Below, piece after piece: positions 50,308-63,377 of a stretch of DNA of 64,000 bases; the first letter of the stretch is position 1; each line of letters opens with the position of its first letter. The stretch is from assembly GCA_951804945.1 (NCBI GenBank), contig OX638149.1, positions 88,474,001-88,538,000 on the forward strand, written 5' to 3'. The notes beneath the pieces are model-generated. The model worked only from the letters and a program-made list of their open reading frames with translations, was not told the origin of the DNA and ran no database searches. The position numbers and the translations under genes are program-made. The DNA comes from Podarcis cretensis (taxonomy: Eukaryota).

Positions 50308-50530
50308 GGGCATAATGTGGTGATACAGTGTTAGAACCAGATTAGGACCCAGGAGACCAGGGTTCAAATTCCCACCCAGCCATGATGCTTACTGGCTGAC
50401 CTGGGCCAATCACAGTCTCTCAGCCTAACCTACCTTGCAGGGTTGTTGCGAGGATATAATGGAGATGGGGGAGGGAAATGTATGCTACCCGCAAGCTTCT
50501 TGGAGGAAAGGTGGGATATAAATGCAATAA
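50308..50530 (+). mobile_element. tRNA-derived SINE
   Basis: B-box-like GGTTCAAATTCC and core ctctcagcctaacctacc...gggttgttg; a related copy lies at ~35600-35820. Confidence 0.65.
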
Positions 50531-51286
50531 TCATGAAATTATTCTTTTATTATGCTGAATCCTATTTATTTTAGCATATTGAAGATTCAGGTAACATTTT
50601 TATATAGATCATCAATCTTCTTTGAGTTGCCTAGTCATAAATTAACATACCAAAAAGGCCACATTGTAAGAGATGTATTTAAGAGTACACTTGTTGTTTC
50701 TCTTACACCCTTCCTAATCTATATATCTTGTTCTGAACATTAAGGATGCTGAGAACAGATCACATGGGAAGCCAGAAGTAGCTCTCAAGCAGACATTATT
50801 ACACTGGCCAATATCTGCTCAACTTTAACAATGGCACTTCATACCTTCCCAGCTATTCACTTTTATCTCTTTCTCAGATCACACTGGTCCATCTTCTGCA
50901 AACCAGAACATTCAAATTATTTAAAGATCTTGCTAAAAGTATGCCATACTCCCTTTATGTCTGTGATGCAGTGAAGAATATTTTATTGTACTCTTTTTGT
51001 CACCTGCTTAAAACATTTTTAAGGCAAACCTATCCAGACATGTAGCTGTTTTGATCTCTTTTACTGTTCATTTTAATCATTTTAAAATGTTTTCAATGGT
51101 TTTTAATTTATTGATAATTTTAATATTTCCTGAAAACCGCTTAGGGGTTTTATTGCACTCAAATGGTATATATATTTTGTTTAAAAAATGACACTATGCT
51201 CTTGAACCATGGTTCTCAAAATAAAGCAGAGTTGCTAAGCAGAAGCATGTGACTCCACCTTGGTTTAATAATATAGGCTATATGTG

Positions 51287-51287
<1 letters not shown>

Positions 51288-51319
<32 letters not shown>
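51288..51319. repeat. (CA)n microsatellite
   Basis: Read directly. Confidence 0.9.
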
Positions 51320-51322
<3 letters not shown>

Positions 51323-53010
51323 TGTGAACTGCTACCCAGCATAGTGACACTCACTCCAACTCAACAGCTGAGGGCTCTCTGGGCAAAAAGCACAGCTCTC
51401 TCAACCAGAGGGAAATGCTATATTGCCCAGTGATGAAAGGCTTTGAGAGGACATTTTTGGTAATGTCTACAACCCTCCCTGCCATTCTTCCAAGCCATTA
51501 TTTTAAGTCAAAGAGGATCCAGATTCATTTGGCTTATTTTTTATTCAAGTTACAAAACAGAAAGCAGTTGGTAAAGTCCACTCAAGGCAGGGATGGATAA
51601 AACAAGGCTGTTATAAAACGGAGCCGCTGTAAGAGCAAAAGCAGTCCATGGAGAGGGAAAAGTTAAGACACCCTTGTCATGGCATGGCCAGCCATCAGCA
51701 AAGAAAAGAGAGGAAATGGAAGATAGGTTCCTACCCAAAACAGCAGCAGGTGCTGAGGCCAAGGGATCTGGCAAGGGACCAGAAGCCACCTGCTCCCAGC
51801 CTTGTTGTGCAACTGACAAACAGCTTGGATGATTTCCCCCTCCCTCCCCTTCTTTTTGTTTGCTTCACTCATTTAGAGGGCAGGGGAGAAGATGTCTCTG
51901 CTGACTGCTTAATAGCTCCTCATCCATCGCAGACGCCAACAATCAGGAGCAGGTTCAAGGTGATAAATTGGATGCACTTAGCCTGGTAGCAGGGGAAGGA
52001 TAAGATAAAGAGCATGAGAGCCCTTGCGTTTTGCAGCCATTATGCTTTCCAGCACTAGCCAGCAAGGCTGAAATACCTGCAGCCTTTACAGACTGTCTGA
52101 AATAGCTCTTGGTCCCTGTCTATTTGTTCACACTTAGAGTTAACCCTACCCTAACCAGAGGCATGGGCTGCTACAAAGTGGAAGGCCACATGGCTTGCCG
52201 GCCATGGCATCCATGCAACAACTTTCTCCTCTGGCACAGTTTGAAAGCTGAAGGAATGTTTTGGTGGCATTCTGGATCTTACTGACTAGGTGGTGGAGGA
52301 TCATCCATAGAACATTTGACACTGGTTCAAATACAGTCACAGAGGTAGGGACTGTTCTAATGTGTGGCCAAAGGAATGGAGTCCAGGAAGTCTCTGCCTT
52401 CTGACATACCAGGAACAATCCTTTAAGAACCTGTGGATATACTATGTTATCATCCCTCTCCCAATCCCCCCGAGATTGGGCTTCAGCCCCCAAAGGCTGA
52501 ATTTTTTTTTTTTAAAGGATCAGTGGGGCTCCTCTTATGAAAGCGCAATTCCCAGTTCGGAAAAGGGAAACAGGCCTCCTCTGCTTAGAGCTAGATTCAG
52601 CTCAAAAGGTACGCCTAAGAGGGTCAAATGATCAGACCAACCTTTATTGAACTTACATGTAAACACTGAATAACAAAGAAACTGAGGAATACTTCCCAAG
52701 CCTGCCGCACTGAACCAGAAAGGTAGATACACCATTGGTAGCAGCACTGCCCAGCTTGGTACTCAACTGATCATCGCAACAAAGCCCACACCCTAAAAGA
52801 GGGCTTCTCTGTCCCAACTGTGTTTGCTGGTGTCATAATCCTCAGAGGCATGGCGAGACGTTGCTATAGAAAGGGCCTGCAGTCCAGGTAGCTACTGACA
52901 GTCCAAGGAGCTGCCCAACCATGCCTGACAGGATCTGGAAGAGGTCATTGGTTCCTGGCTCTCTGTAAACCTGAGCTGTTTCCTCCTGGGTTCTGCCACC
53001 TCCTTGGCTG

Positions 53011-53179
53011 TCACTGCGGAGGAAGGGGGATGCCCCTGGGGTCGGTGACTTGGCCTTCCTGCAGATTCTTGACCAGCTGTGCCAGCCAACGCTTGGTGGT
53101 AGTATCGTCTTTCAGAACCTGGGCAAAGGTGGTGTCTTTCAGCTGGTCAGGAAGGCACTGCCTGAGGGCTTCCCGTGCC
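53011..53179 (-). CDS. CNOT9: CNOT9 exon 8 (last coding)
   Basis: [55 protein letters not shown]. Confidence 0.95.
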
Positions 53180-55131
53180 CTACATCAGGAGACAAGAAAG
53201 AGGGGGGCCAACAAATAAACTCACATGGACAAGAGGGGAGCATGCCCCCCTCTTGAATAATTAAGGCTACAGTTTCTGTATCAGAAGCATCTACACATAC
53301 CTGCAGGGTACAAACATATTCTTTACACCAGGGATGGCTAAACTGCGGCACCACAGACATTTGCTGGACTACAACTCACAGCATCCCTGACCACTGGCTA
53401 TGCTAACTGGCACTGATGGAGGTTGGAGTCCAATGACATTTGGAGGCCACAGGATAGTCATTTCAACTCCATACGCTATCCTGCATCTTCTCCATCCTAA
53501 TCAATGGAGTCAGAATGTGACTTATGAAGGAAGATTAATGACTTGTCTAATGTTAGGCATCCAGAGCAGTCAAGCACATGATGACTGCTGGCTGGCTTAA
53601 TAAACACAGACATTTTTGCAGTTAGAGATTGAAGGGGAAAAGATTATAAACTCTCTCATAATTACTGTCAATACATGTTCCTGAACAGTGAGAAGACTCT
53701 GCTGCTAAAATAAGTTTGCTTAAATAAGTATAATCTTACATGATCTTGCTTCAGTCTTCAGAATCTTGATGAGGCGGTCAGAAGAAACTATTTGGACTTT
53801 AAGCTCCTGGCATTTATTGTACGAATTGCCAGGTTATGCTTGATTTGCTCTGGAGATACAGAAGGAGCTGGATCCCCATCCTGGCACTGCAAAGTGCAAC
53901 TGTCCCTGGTTCTGCAGCACAACACCAACCTGCACCCCACCCCTATCAAGAGATCCCAAGAAACTTCTAAGGTGTCTACCTTGGATTATCAGAAAGGCGG
54001 AGGTAACAACGGACCACATGTTTCAGCAGCCTGGCAGAAGGCTCCTTGGAAAGCTGCAGGACCATTTTACCCTGGTTTAAAAACAGAGAATTTAGAACAA
54101 GGACATTTGCTGGTTAAGTATGTGTAACAGCATTTGTTCACGTTTATCCCTTGTTACCTTTTGCTACTCCCATCCCCACGCTAGTTTAATTTAGATTGTA
54201 AAGTATAAGCTCCTCAAAAGCAAGGCAAATGTCTGGAAAGCTAATTCTGTCTCTAATATGCCTCACCCCAAGAAACACTGTCAAGCATTAGCAGTGACTT
54301 GCTCCTCAGGTGTTGGAAAACCAATCTCCTCAAAATTGGGAGTGCTTTCTCACAGCCATAACACCATGAATTGTGTTGCTATGTAATGCTCTGGCATATT
54401 TCTTCCTTGAGATTAGGAGTATGAAGAGGTGGCCCTGTTGTTATGATTAGACGTGACTACTACAAAGATCCAAACTACATTCACTACACTTTCCACCAAA
54501 GAGCATTTAGCTTCCCTAAATGCAGGAGCAATGCTGAGTTACCAAGCCCTTTACAATCAAAGCCACATACCAATATCATTGCAACGTGAGAAAATCGTTC
54601 GTAAGTCTGACAGATATAAGCCAACCCCGTATCATCCAATAAGATCTTTTGTAGAATAAAAGTAGCAACCTGAAAGACAGAAAAGAATAGGGTTGAACAA
54701 ACGCTTGAATTGCAGACTGTGCAGGATTAGGGTGGGATGTCATATTACTAAAAACTCAGCGAAGCTGGAGGACAAAGAGCTTGTTGGGAGAAGACCTATG
54801 AGAAGAGATTTTGCCCACTATGAAACCAAATAAAAACCTTATATAGCACTGACAAGAGGAGAAGCAGGTACTGCAATTATCTATCTTGGTGCTAGCAACT
54901 AAAATTTTATTGATCCTGTTGACCAGAGGAAGAAACCTGCTTACATTTTGCAGACAAATGGTGACAGGTTGGTGGCTAGCTAAAATTAATAACCTAATGA
55001 AGAGTGACAGATGCATAAAGGTGTGACTAGGAATAAACTGACTCATGAGTGTGACATAAAAGATGCTAAGGATCTTGAGAAGCACACAGGCACCACCTGC
55101 AGGCTTCTCAAATAACTGATACTGGGACAGC

Positions 55132-55192
<61 letters not shown>

Positions 55193-58100
55193 TCATACAT
55201 ACATACATACATACCCACCCCGCCCATCTGGCTGGGCCTCCCCAGCCACTCTGGGCGGCTTCCATAGAAACCAAAAATACAGTAAAATATCACACGTTAA
55301 AAACTTCCCTGAACAGGGCTGCCTTAAGATGTCTTCTGAATGTCAGGTAGTTGTTTATCGCTTTGACATCTGCTGGAAGGGCGTTCCACAGGGCGGGTGC
55401 CACTACCGAGATGGCCCTCTGCCTGGTTCTCTGTAGCTTTGCTTCTCGCAATGAGGGAACCGCCAGAAGGCCTTCGGCGCTGGACCTTAGCGTCCGGGCA
55501 GAATGATGGGGGTGGAGACGCTCCTTCAGGTATACTGGACCGAGGCCGTTTAGGGCTTTAAAGGTCAGCACCAACACTTTGAATTGTGCTCGGAAACGTA
55601 CTGGGAGCCAATGTAGGTCTTTCAAGACCGGTGTTATCTATTATTACACAATAATAGATCCTTTTCATACAGTTGCTGGAAAAAGTACTGCAGAGTTGCA
55701 GCAAGAAATGAGTACAAAAGCACCTTGGGTGAGAAACTGCACAAAAAGAGAATAAATGTCCTATCCAGCTTTCCTCTCATAATAGTGTTTTGAAAGAGGC
55801 AGCCAGTCACGACAATTTGAAGTGGGTACATCTGCAATCACTCCTCAGAGAGAAACAGCCAGCTAACCTCAGATGGAGAAGTCTGCTGCATGCAGGAACA
55901 TGATGCATTGGAAAGTAAAGAGAAAACAGTCAAGAAACTAGAACCACTTCATTACACTAAAAGCAATACCGTTTTGGAAAGTTCGCTGCCAGACTCCATG
56001 ATGCGTAAGCACAAAGGGATAATTTCCGTTGTCAGTAAGAAGTTGATTACTTCTTGCTCATCTGTCTTCACCAGGGCCCCTTTGAAATATAAGCAAAAAA
56101 ACCAAACTGCTTCATATAACTTTGCAAAGGCCTAAGAGAAACATGCATATAGGAAACAACCAGGGCTAACAGAAAATCAGTGCAGTCTAGAGAAGAAGTG
56201 GGAAATTACTGGATAAGCACATGGTTGAGCTCCCAAGAACCCAGGAGCAAATACTAAGGATTATTATTTTATTGAAGCATCAGCCTTTTAACCTTTCCTC
56301 CACCAATCACAAATTCCTTTTAGCCAATGAAATATCTAAAGCCTTTTACACTCTTACCTATAGAACAGCAATTCCATCTGTCATGCTTGCCAAGGCAAGT
56401 ACAGCACTACCTTGTGACAAGTATGACAAGCAGCCAGTCATGCTTTCCATTGTGAAGCTGCAGCGGCGGGTAGAGATTGCTCTGACAGTTGTGCTGTGAT
56501 CTCTGCCTTCTCTCCAGCTCCAAGGTTCAGAGGAAAGGTGCAAGTTGTTGGACAGTGGCATGGCTGAATGTTACCGCTGCAAGATGCTCTGCGCATCTTA
56601 CAACTGTGGTATCCAACTGGCTGCTCTTCTTACTGGTCCTCCACTCACAAAAGACAGATGGGGGGCACTGTTCTGCAATGGTGCTAGGATGCTTTTAAGC
56701 AGTGGTACTCAAGCCAGAATACTCTCCTTGCACTGTGTTTACCAGGGTAGGATGGGTGTGAGGCGAGGTTGGCAACTACAAGTTTTGGATTGTCCAGCAA
56801 AGTTAATCATGAAGACCAGTGAACATAATACATTCAACTTTTTTAACTCATTGGGTTCAATCACCCAAAGAGATGCTGCTATGATCTTTATAGAGCTGCT
56901 AGCCCTGTCAGCTAGCTAGGAGCCCGTGCAGCTTCTGCACTGGCTGGCTATGTGGCTTCTCAATGCCAATAAAAAGGCACCTTGTTGCATGGTGCACCAA
57001 ATAAAGCTTCCTGAAAAATTTCTGGTGTGGTCAATGAGGTTACAATACACAGTTGCAAGTACTAACCATTACATCTATGAGCACACTGAAGTTGTGTACA
57101 GTATTTGATTGGATAGATAGGATGCACATCAGTAATGATCCCTTCAGTGTTCTAGAATTCCCAGCCCTGCTATTTCCATCTTTCCCTAAGGTAATTTGGG
57201 AGAATGAGACTGGAAATTTGTCATTCACCCGAGGATCACAGGGTGATTTACAATATAAAAACAAAAATATACATAACTTTGAATTGGGCCCAGGACTGGT
57301 GTACTTCCCAGAATCCCAGGTGCTAACAACAGTAAAGAGGAACAACATGGAAATTATTTCTAGAAATGAGAGTCTGCTATGTGATTGTCTGTTTCTCTGG
57401 AATGTTAGAATTCCCTCTTTTACAATGCATGGCTAAGTCTCAGAAGAGTTCAAATCAGATTGAAACCCTTTTTTGACCTACAAACTGATGAGGACTTGCC
57501 ATTCCCAGCATCACAGTCACTTACCAATTACTCCAAGACTTGTGAGTCGTAGGTACTCGAAGGGTCGAGTCTTGCTGACAGTGTGCAAGAAGGGATATAA
57601 GAAGAGAGGGATGTGAGCAGCAAGGAAGGCTGACCTAGACAAAGGAAGAAAAAAGCATTTAGAATGTATCTTTTGGATATTTGTTTACACAGAGTTACTT
57701 TGTGAAGGCTAGAGAACTGAATTAGGACCTCACCTTTAGAAAGAGAAGAAATATGAGGAAATACACCTGTAAAACTAGTTTTTTTACTGACAAACTGACC
57801 AGTAAGACAGGCAGCTTGACTGTTTTATTCACTGAGTTGGCTCAAGTCACTAATGCATTCTAAAAACAGTGTAAAAACCAGCAAGTTACAGTTACCATGT
57901 GCTTCTAATGTATGGTGTGGATGTGACTGAGAATATAGTTCTGTTGACGTACAGAGCCCTGCAGATAAAGAGGCTTGGCGGAAGCATATTTTCTCTAGTC
58001 TGGACATATACCACACTAACCAAAAGTTATTTTTTCCAGAGATCCAATACACCCAAGTATATTAACCTTGTTTCTGGATGTGATGCAACACACTGCAGAA

Positions 58101-61100
58101 GTGCCAGAGCATTGCAGACTCTGTTGGACTGATGAGCTGTCAAAGTTGGTGGATTTATAGATGGATAGATATTTACAATTTCCTATGAGAGAAAGAAAAC
58201 AGGAAATATTTGTGTGAAAATTCTTCCACACATTTAAGCACTCCAATATTCAGAGTCAAAATCCTCCCACTAATTACTTGTGATTGATTAATGTCTGTTT
58301 GATAGAATTTCTGCCCCCACACTAACAACTAGCTACAAAAGCTGTAACATATTAGACAGGAACTAAAATACATATGACCCAATAAGATGTCCTTACTTGG
58401 GTGGCTCAAGTTCTTCATTGCCATCTTCTATTGTCCCAAACTTTTATTAGGTCAAGAGACAGAATTTCAAAACTCTCAGTATCTCAAGACTTTCAGAAAG
58501 ACATCTAGCAGATTGCTTGCAAGAGTCTAGCAAGCTATTTCAGTTAAAAGTAATATGCTACCCACCTGTAAGAGAGCTGCAATTGTACCAAAAGAGTGCC
58601 ACAACATTGGTGCGAGATCAGGGACAGACTCTCGCTTTTTACTCAGCTCCAACAGTGCATTCTCACGAGTCTCTGGGCTGGAAAGCTCATTGATCCACTG
58701 ATAAATCTTCTCTCGATCAACCTGAGCCAGTGCCGTTGGCACAGGCTTTAAAGGAAGACAAAAGGTTCAAGTCAAGGCCTTTGGTCCCAAGTCAAATCAG
58801 TATAAACATTAATACCTTGTACAAAACTTCAAGGGTGACCAGGAGTGATTAGTAGACACTTCCAAGTAAACATAGTTGAGATTAAGTCCCACATATTTTA
58901 GTGGGACTTGCTTCTAGTCAAGGCACAATAACAGCACAGGGGAAGGAATATGTCACAGCGGGGGGGGGGGGGGGGGGTTGCCGGATGATAGTTCCATTGG
59001 TTTGTGTGTACTCACTGCAGCTGTGCAATCATTTTACCATACTGTAGCAGCTGAGTTATTAAAATCATCATTGTTAAATATAAAAATAAATAAGTAAACA
59101 AAGTCGTTTGGGCACCAAACAAAAATAATATAGCACTTTAAAAATGACTATCAATGACTATTGCTGCTGATACTTCTCCCTCCCTCAATACCTGACAGAA
59201 AAAAGGTTGCCCACTCCTGCTTCAGGGGGGTGCAAAGTGATGATTAAAGTTAATAAATAAAATATTCCTCTACTACTGCATCCAATGAGTAGTAGTAGTC
59301 CAAAGCATTGCACACTTTTTCATCAGCTGTGCAAAAAATCCCTTGTTCAAAACTCTAGGGCTGCTCCACAGCAAATGAATCCTCAGTGCTTTATGTCTGC
59401 TTTGTTAACACATTCCTTCTATTATGGGACTCTGCTTTCTTTTGGGACTTTATTAAAGGCCCAACATCTCTTACCCAGAAAACTATTAGTGAAATAATTG
59501 TGTTTAAAATGGCTCATAGTGTCACCATGTTGAACAGTTGGCTCCAGTCACAGAACAATAGATTCAGGGACAAATACAGGAGTGGAAAGTTGCAGGAAAG
59601 AAAGGCTGATAACACCTCATGATCCAACTGTGGCAGTTCAACACGAAGATCAGAGCCTGTAAATATGCTTTATCCGAGCAGCATCACAAGAGATGAGCTT
59701 AACTTTCCATTACTTACAGAAATTCAGGCAACCACAGTAATAAAAAATTGAATATAAGCGACCTTTTTCAGGATAATTGCTAAAGTATTGCTTTTGTAAC
59801 CTAGACATTTCTAGTCACTTACTATTTCACTTGCATTAAAGCATATGAAGGTACTTTGCAAAGGAAATTATTTTTATAGCCCTTCAAGAGGCCTCATTTC
59901 ATAATTACCTTCATGGTAAATGGAAAGATCTTTAAAATCATTTTTCCAGTGACAGATGCTGTAGTGGTGTGCCTACCCTATCCATTAAATATCCACAGTT
60001 CCAGAACGTCGGCATGAACTTGATAAAAATAAACACACTAATTAGACTAAAGTCTGCTATTAAGACTGTCAAGACCTGAAAAAGTCAAGTGTTCACCATC
60101 TGAAGTAGCAGATTCACTTAAAACTACAGTAAGTATAATACAAGTAAGAAAATGCCTAAATATTATGTCAGACAGAAGTACTGCTTGTTAGTGAAGCTAG
60201 CACAAATTCTGTTTCACCTGAGTGAACTGTCAAAGACCAGAACTAGGTGAGACAGAGCTGCCACAAAAATCAGCAAACCTGTGTGAAGTTCTCTCTACCC
60301 TCCTATGTAAGATGATCAGAGATATGTATTGCAATATTTTTCTATCCAAAGGTAGTCACACTCAGGGCAGACACATTAAGGTTAGTGGACATGGCTAACT
60401 TAGGCTCATAATTTTCAGTGGGTATACTGAGTAGAACGTAGCTGGATACAATTCATTACATGTTTATTATTTTATTAATTTTATTTATGTAATTTCTATA
60501 CCGTATTTCAATTTCTGTTAAATATAGAAAAGATAATGAGGGTTTTAGGATGAAACTGCAGTTTTTAGAAGCAATTCCATGTTCTTCGTTATGTACAGTT
60601 TCACCCAAAGTTGATATAGTGTTTACTATATATATTGAAAGCTGCCCAGAGTGGCTGGGACAGCCCAATCAGATGGGCAGGGTACAACCACCATATTTTT
60701 CACCCTATAGGACGCACTTTTTCCCCTCCAAAAATGAAGGGGAATGTGTGTGCGTCCTATGGGGCGAATGCAGGCTTTCACTGAAGCCTGGAGAGCGAGA
60801 GGCGTCGGGCTCTCAAGGCTTGCGGGCAGCAGCCTGCAGCCCGAAGCACGCTGCGAAGCACGCCCCGTGCTTCGGGCAATGTCCGCAAGCCTCGCGTGCC
60901 CGGCGGGAGGTCCCGCCGGGCACGCAAGGCTTGGGGCGGCAGCCTGTTCTGGAATTTTTTTTTTAATTCCCCCCCCCCCAAAAAAAACTAGGTGCGTCCT
61001 ATGGGCCGGTGCGCCCTATAGGACGAAAAATACGGTAATTAAATTGGTATTATTATTACTACTACTAAAGGTGATTTTTACTGGGCAAAACCCATAAATA

Positions 61101-62682
61101 CCTACTGAGCCAGAAGAGACAAACCACCTAAGTCAGCCTAGCAAAATAAATCAAGCTATTTACATGTCTCTACTTAGCAAGCAGCCTTAAGTGTATTAAA
61201 CTCAAAGCATACAAGCAAGTGCTCAAACTGAATCATTCTGGATTCATTCCCCTACTAGTGTCTAGAAAGGAAATGTTGCATGGCAAGTTCTGTGAAGATG
61301 CTGCAAAGGGGTACCTAGTTCTCTAATATGGGGTTACTTTTATTGATAATTGCAATATTTACAAACACAAACCAGAACACTAAACTTATTATACATAGAT
61401 ACATTCACCTCTCAACTTAGTTTACAAAAAAACAACATACAAACTAAACATACAGACATAAATCTTGACTTCCACCTATATGTTGCTTCCTTTGTTTCTT
61501 TTCTTCTTTTCGCTGTTATCAGTATTATTTTTGACTATCATCTTATACCCATTTCTTCTTAATTTTTTACTCTAAATTTCACCCATTGCATATACCAGAG
61601 CAATGTTTTTGGATATATTCCTTCACGCAAGTCCACTCCTCTATTCGTTTTTGGTCTGATTGGTTTCTTACCACTACTGTAAGTCTTGCTGATTCTATAT
61701 ATTCACAAAATCTTATTTGCCATTCTCTTATTGAGGGAGTTTTTCTCCCTTTCAATTTTTTGCTATAATCATTCTGGCTGCCGCGGTTGCATGTAAGAAA
61801 ACATTTTTCCTAACGGCAGGAATGTCAGTCAATATAATTCCCAAGAGGTACGCTACTAAACAAGTTATTTTACTTCCCGCTATCATCACCACTTGTCTCA
61901 TTACAAGCAACGCACATGAGCCACGCCACTGTTAAATTAAAACATGAATGAATGTCCCACGTGGAATTTTTGCATTTTAAGGCTGCGATCGTAAACACCG
62001 AGAGAAAAACCGAATTCAACTCAGTGTGGGGCTTACTTTCATGCAAGCGCGGTTATAAAACGACTTCCCAGACAACAGATGAAAGAGAAGTAAACCCTGT
62101 TTTGTGGCGGCACATTATTGCAGACGTGAAACTCTAGAAGAGAGAAGCCCGGCAAGCCTTGTTGAGCTCTAGAAGAGAGAAGCCCGGCAAGCCTTGTTGA
62201 GAGGCGCTTGAATGAGAGTGGTCGGGGTGCGCCTGTCAGGATACGTGTCTGTCTATATGCATCTGCATCCAGCCTCTCGAGCCACCTTTTTATCCAGCAG
62301 CATTGAGCCATGGGCAATTAGGAACCCGCATAGATTAGCATATGGAAAACGCACACAAGCGACGCCTGGCTCATGCAAGAGCACCTGAAGGGAGAAGCCT
62401 GCGGAGAAGCTCCCTTTGCCTCCCCTCAGAGGACAGCAAAGGCCGCCGCCTCGCGCAGGAGGAAAGGCCGTTAGGAGACGCCCGTTCCTTAGGAGGGCAA
62501 TTTGGCGGGAAAATAGAGCCCCGCTCCGTTCTGTGCCCCCCTCCCCACATCTCTCCGACCAATGAGGAGAGAGAGAGGGAGAGAGAAGGGGGAGGGTGCC
62601 TCTCACGCTTCTCAGCCAAGGCCCTCGTCGCCCTGCGTGGATACGGCAAGCGACTTACCGCGGCCGTTGCCAAACTGTGCAT
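53011..62682 (-). CDS. CNOT9: CCR4-NOT subunit 9 (RQCD1/CAF40), 299 aa: complement(join(53011..53179,53980..54071,54571..54669,55970..56079,57525..57634,58067..58182,58566..58745,62659..62682))
   Basis: MHSLATAA|[39 protein letters not shown]...[10 protein letters not shown], near-identical to recalled human CNOT9. Exons 24+180+116+110+110+99+92+169 = 900 nt, all GT-AG. Confidence 0.97.
53980..54071 (-). CDS. CNOT9: CNOT9 exon 7
   Basis: [31 protein letters not shown]. Confidence 0.95.
54571..54669 (-). CDS. CNOT9: CNOT9 exon 6
   Basis: [33 protein letters not shown]. Confidence 0.95.
55136..55214. repeat. (TA)n plus (CATA)n microsatellite at the LINE tail
   Basis: Read directly. Confidence 0.95.
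55190..55634 (-). mobile_element. 3' fragment of an L2-clade LINE in CNOT9 intron 5
   Basis: ORF 55290..55625 [36 protein letters not shown]; followed by a (TATG)n/(TA)n tail. Confidence 0.85.
55970..56079 (-). CDS. CNOT9: CNOT9 exon 5
   Basis: [37 protein letters not shown]. Confidence 0.95.
57525..57634 (-). CDS. CNOT9: CNOT9 exon 4
   Basis: [36 protein letters not shown]. Confidence 0.95.
58067..58182 (-). CDS. CNOT9: CNOT9 exon 3
   Basis: [39 protein letters not shown]. Confidence 0.95.
58566..58745 (-). CDS. CNOT9: CNOT9 exon 2
   Basis: [13 protein letters not shown]...IAALLQ|gtgggt. Confidence 0.96.
60691..61035. mobile_element. Tc1/mariner-like MITE with a GC-rich core in CNOT9 intron 1
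   Basis: Imperfect TIRs CCATATTTTTCACCCTATAGG ... CCTATAGGACGAAAAATACGG|TA. Confidence 0.7.
61335..61860 (-). mobile_element. Degenerate L1-like LINE 3' fragment in CNOT9 intron 1
   Basis: Hand translation [11 protein letters not shown]...[17 protein letters not shown] resembles the 45.5 kb copy. Confidence 0.6.
62132..62201. repeat. Perfect 35-bp tandem duplication
   Basis: ctctagaagagagaagcccggcaagccttgttgag x2. Confidence 0.95.
62659..62682 (-). CDS. CNOT9: CNOT9 exon 1 coding part
   Basis: accATGCACAGTTTGGCAACGGCCGCG|gtaagt. Confidence 0.95.
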
Positions 62683-63049
62683 GGTCGGAACTTCTGCGCG
62701 AAGTAGAGCTCAGGAGGCCTCTTCTACTTCAGCCGCCGCCATCATGGATCGAAGCAGAGGTCGCCGCCTCTTCCTCCTCCTCCTGGCTCTGCCGCCGACG
62801 CTGCTGCTGCTGCTACCGCCGCGACCTCTGACCTCTCTCTGGGCCTCAGCGGTAGGCCCAAGGAGACTGGCCGGGCGCATGCGCCATGCTATCTTTAAGC
62901 GAACTTAAAAAAAAAAGCACGAGTTTGCGCGTGCGCAGAAGTTACGAGCGTCGTCGTCACTTCTCGAGTAAAAGTTGCTTCTTTCGCTAAGACTTGTCGA
63001 CGACGGAGAAAGCCAGCCAGCCGTCGCCGTGATGACGTAGGGATTCCCC

Positions 63050-63377
63050 CCTCGTCGCTCCTCTTCCTCCCCCCTCCTCCCGTCGCGCAGTTGTTGTTTT
63101 TTCTTTTTGCGTGCTGCGTGCTTGCGTCAGGCGGACCGTGGCGCGGCTGATCTGGTTCCCGCCATCTGCCCTTTCCACTAAGCTAAGAGGAGGCCGGGCC
63201 GCGGTGGGTCGAGCCAGGACAGGCCGGCGCCGGGGCTAAAGTGGAGAATAACCCCGAAGTAGGAAGGAAGGAAGGAGGCGGCAGCAGCAGCAGGGAGACA
63301 ACGTCCAGGCCGGGACTGGTCTGTGAGGAAGCGGGAGGTGGAAGGGAAAGCCGCCGCCCGCCCGCCCGCCATCGCCG
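63050..63377 (+). other. USP37: Putative non-coding exon 1 of the head-to-head gene (USP37 by synteny); start approximate
   Basis: Strong donor GCCG|gtgagt at 63378 inside the CpG island. USP37 is head-to-head with CNOT9 in mammals. No coding sequence is in the window to confirm the identity. Confidence 0.5.

Noticed and set aside
54756-55274. 172-aa minus-strand ORF with a YIYIYI run
   Set aside because: Translation of the (TA)n microsatellite and LINE tail within a CNOT9 intron.
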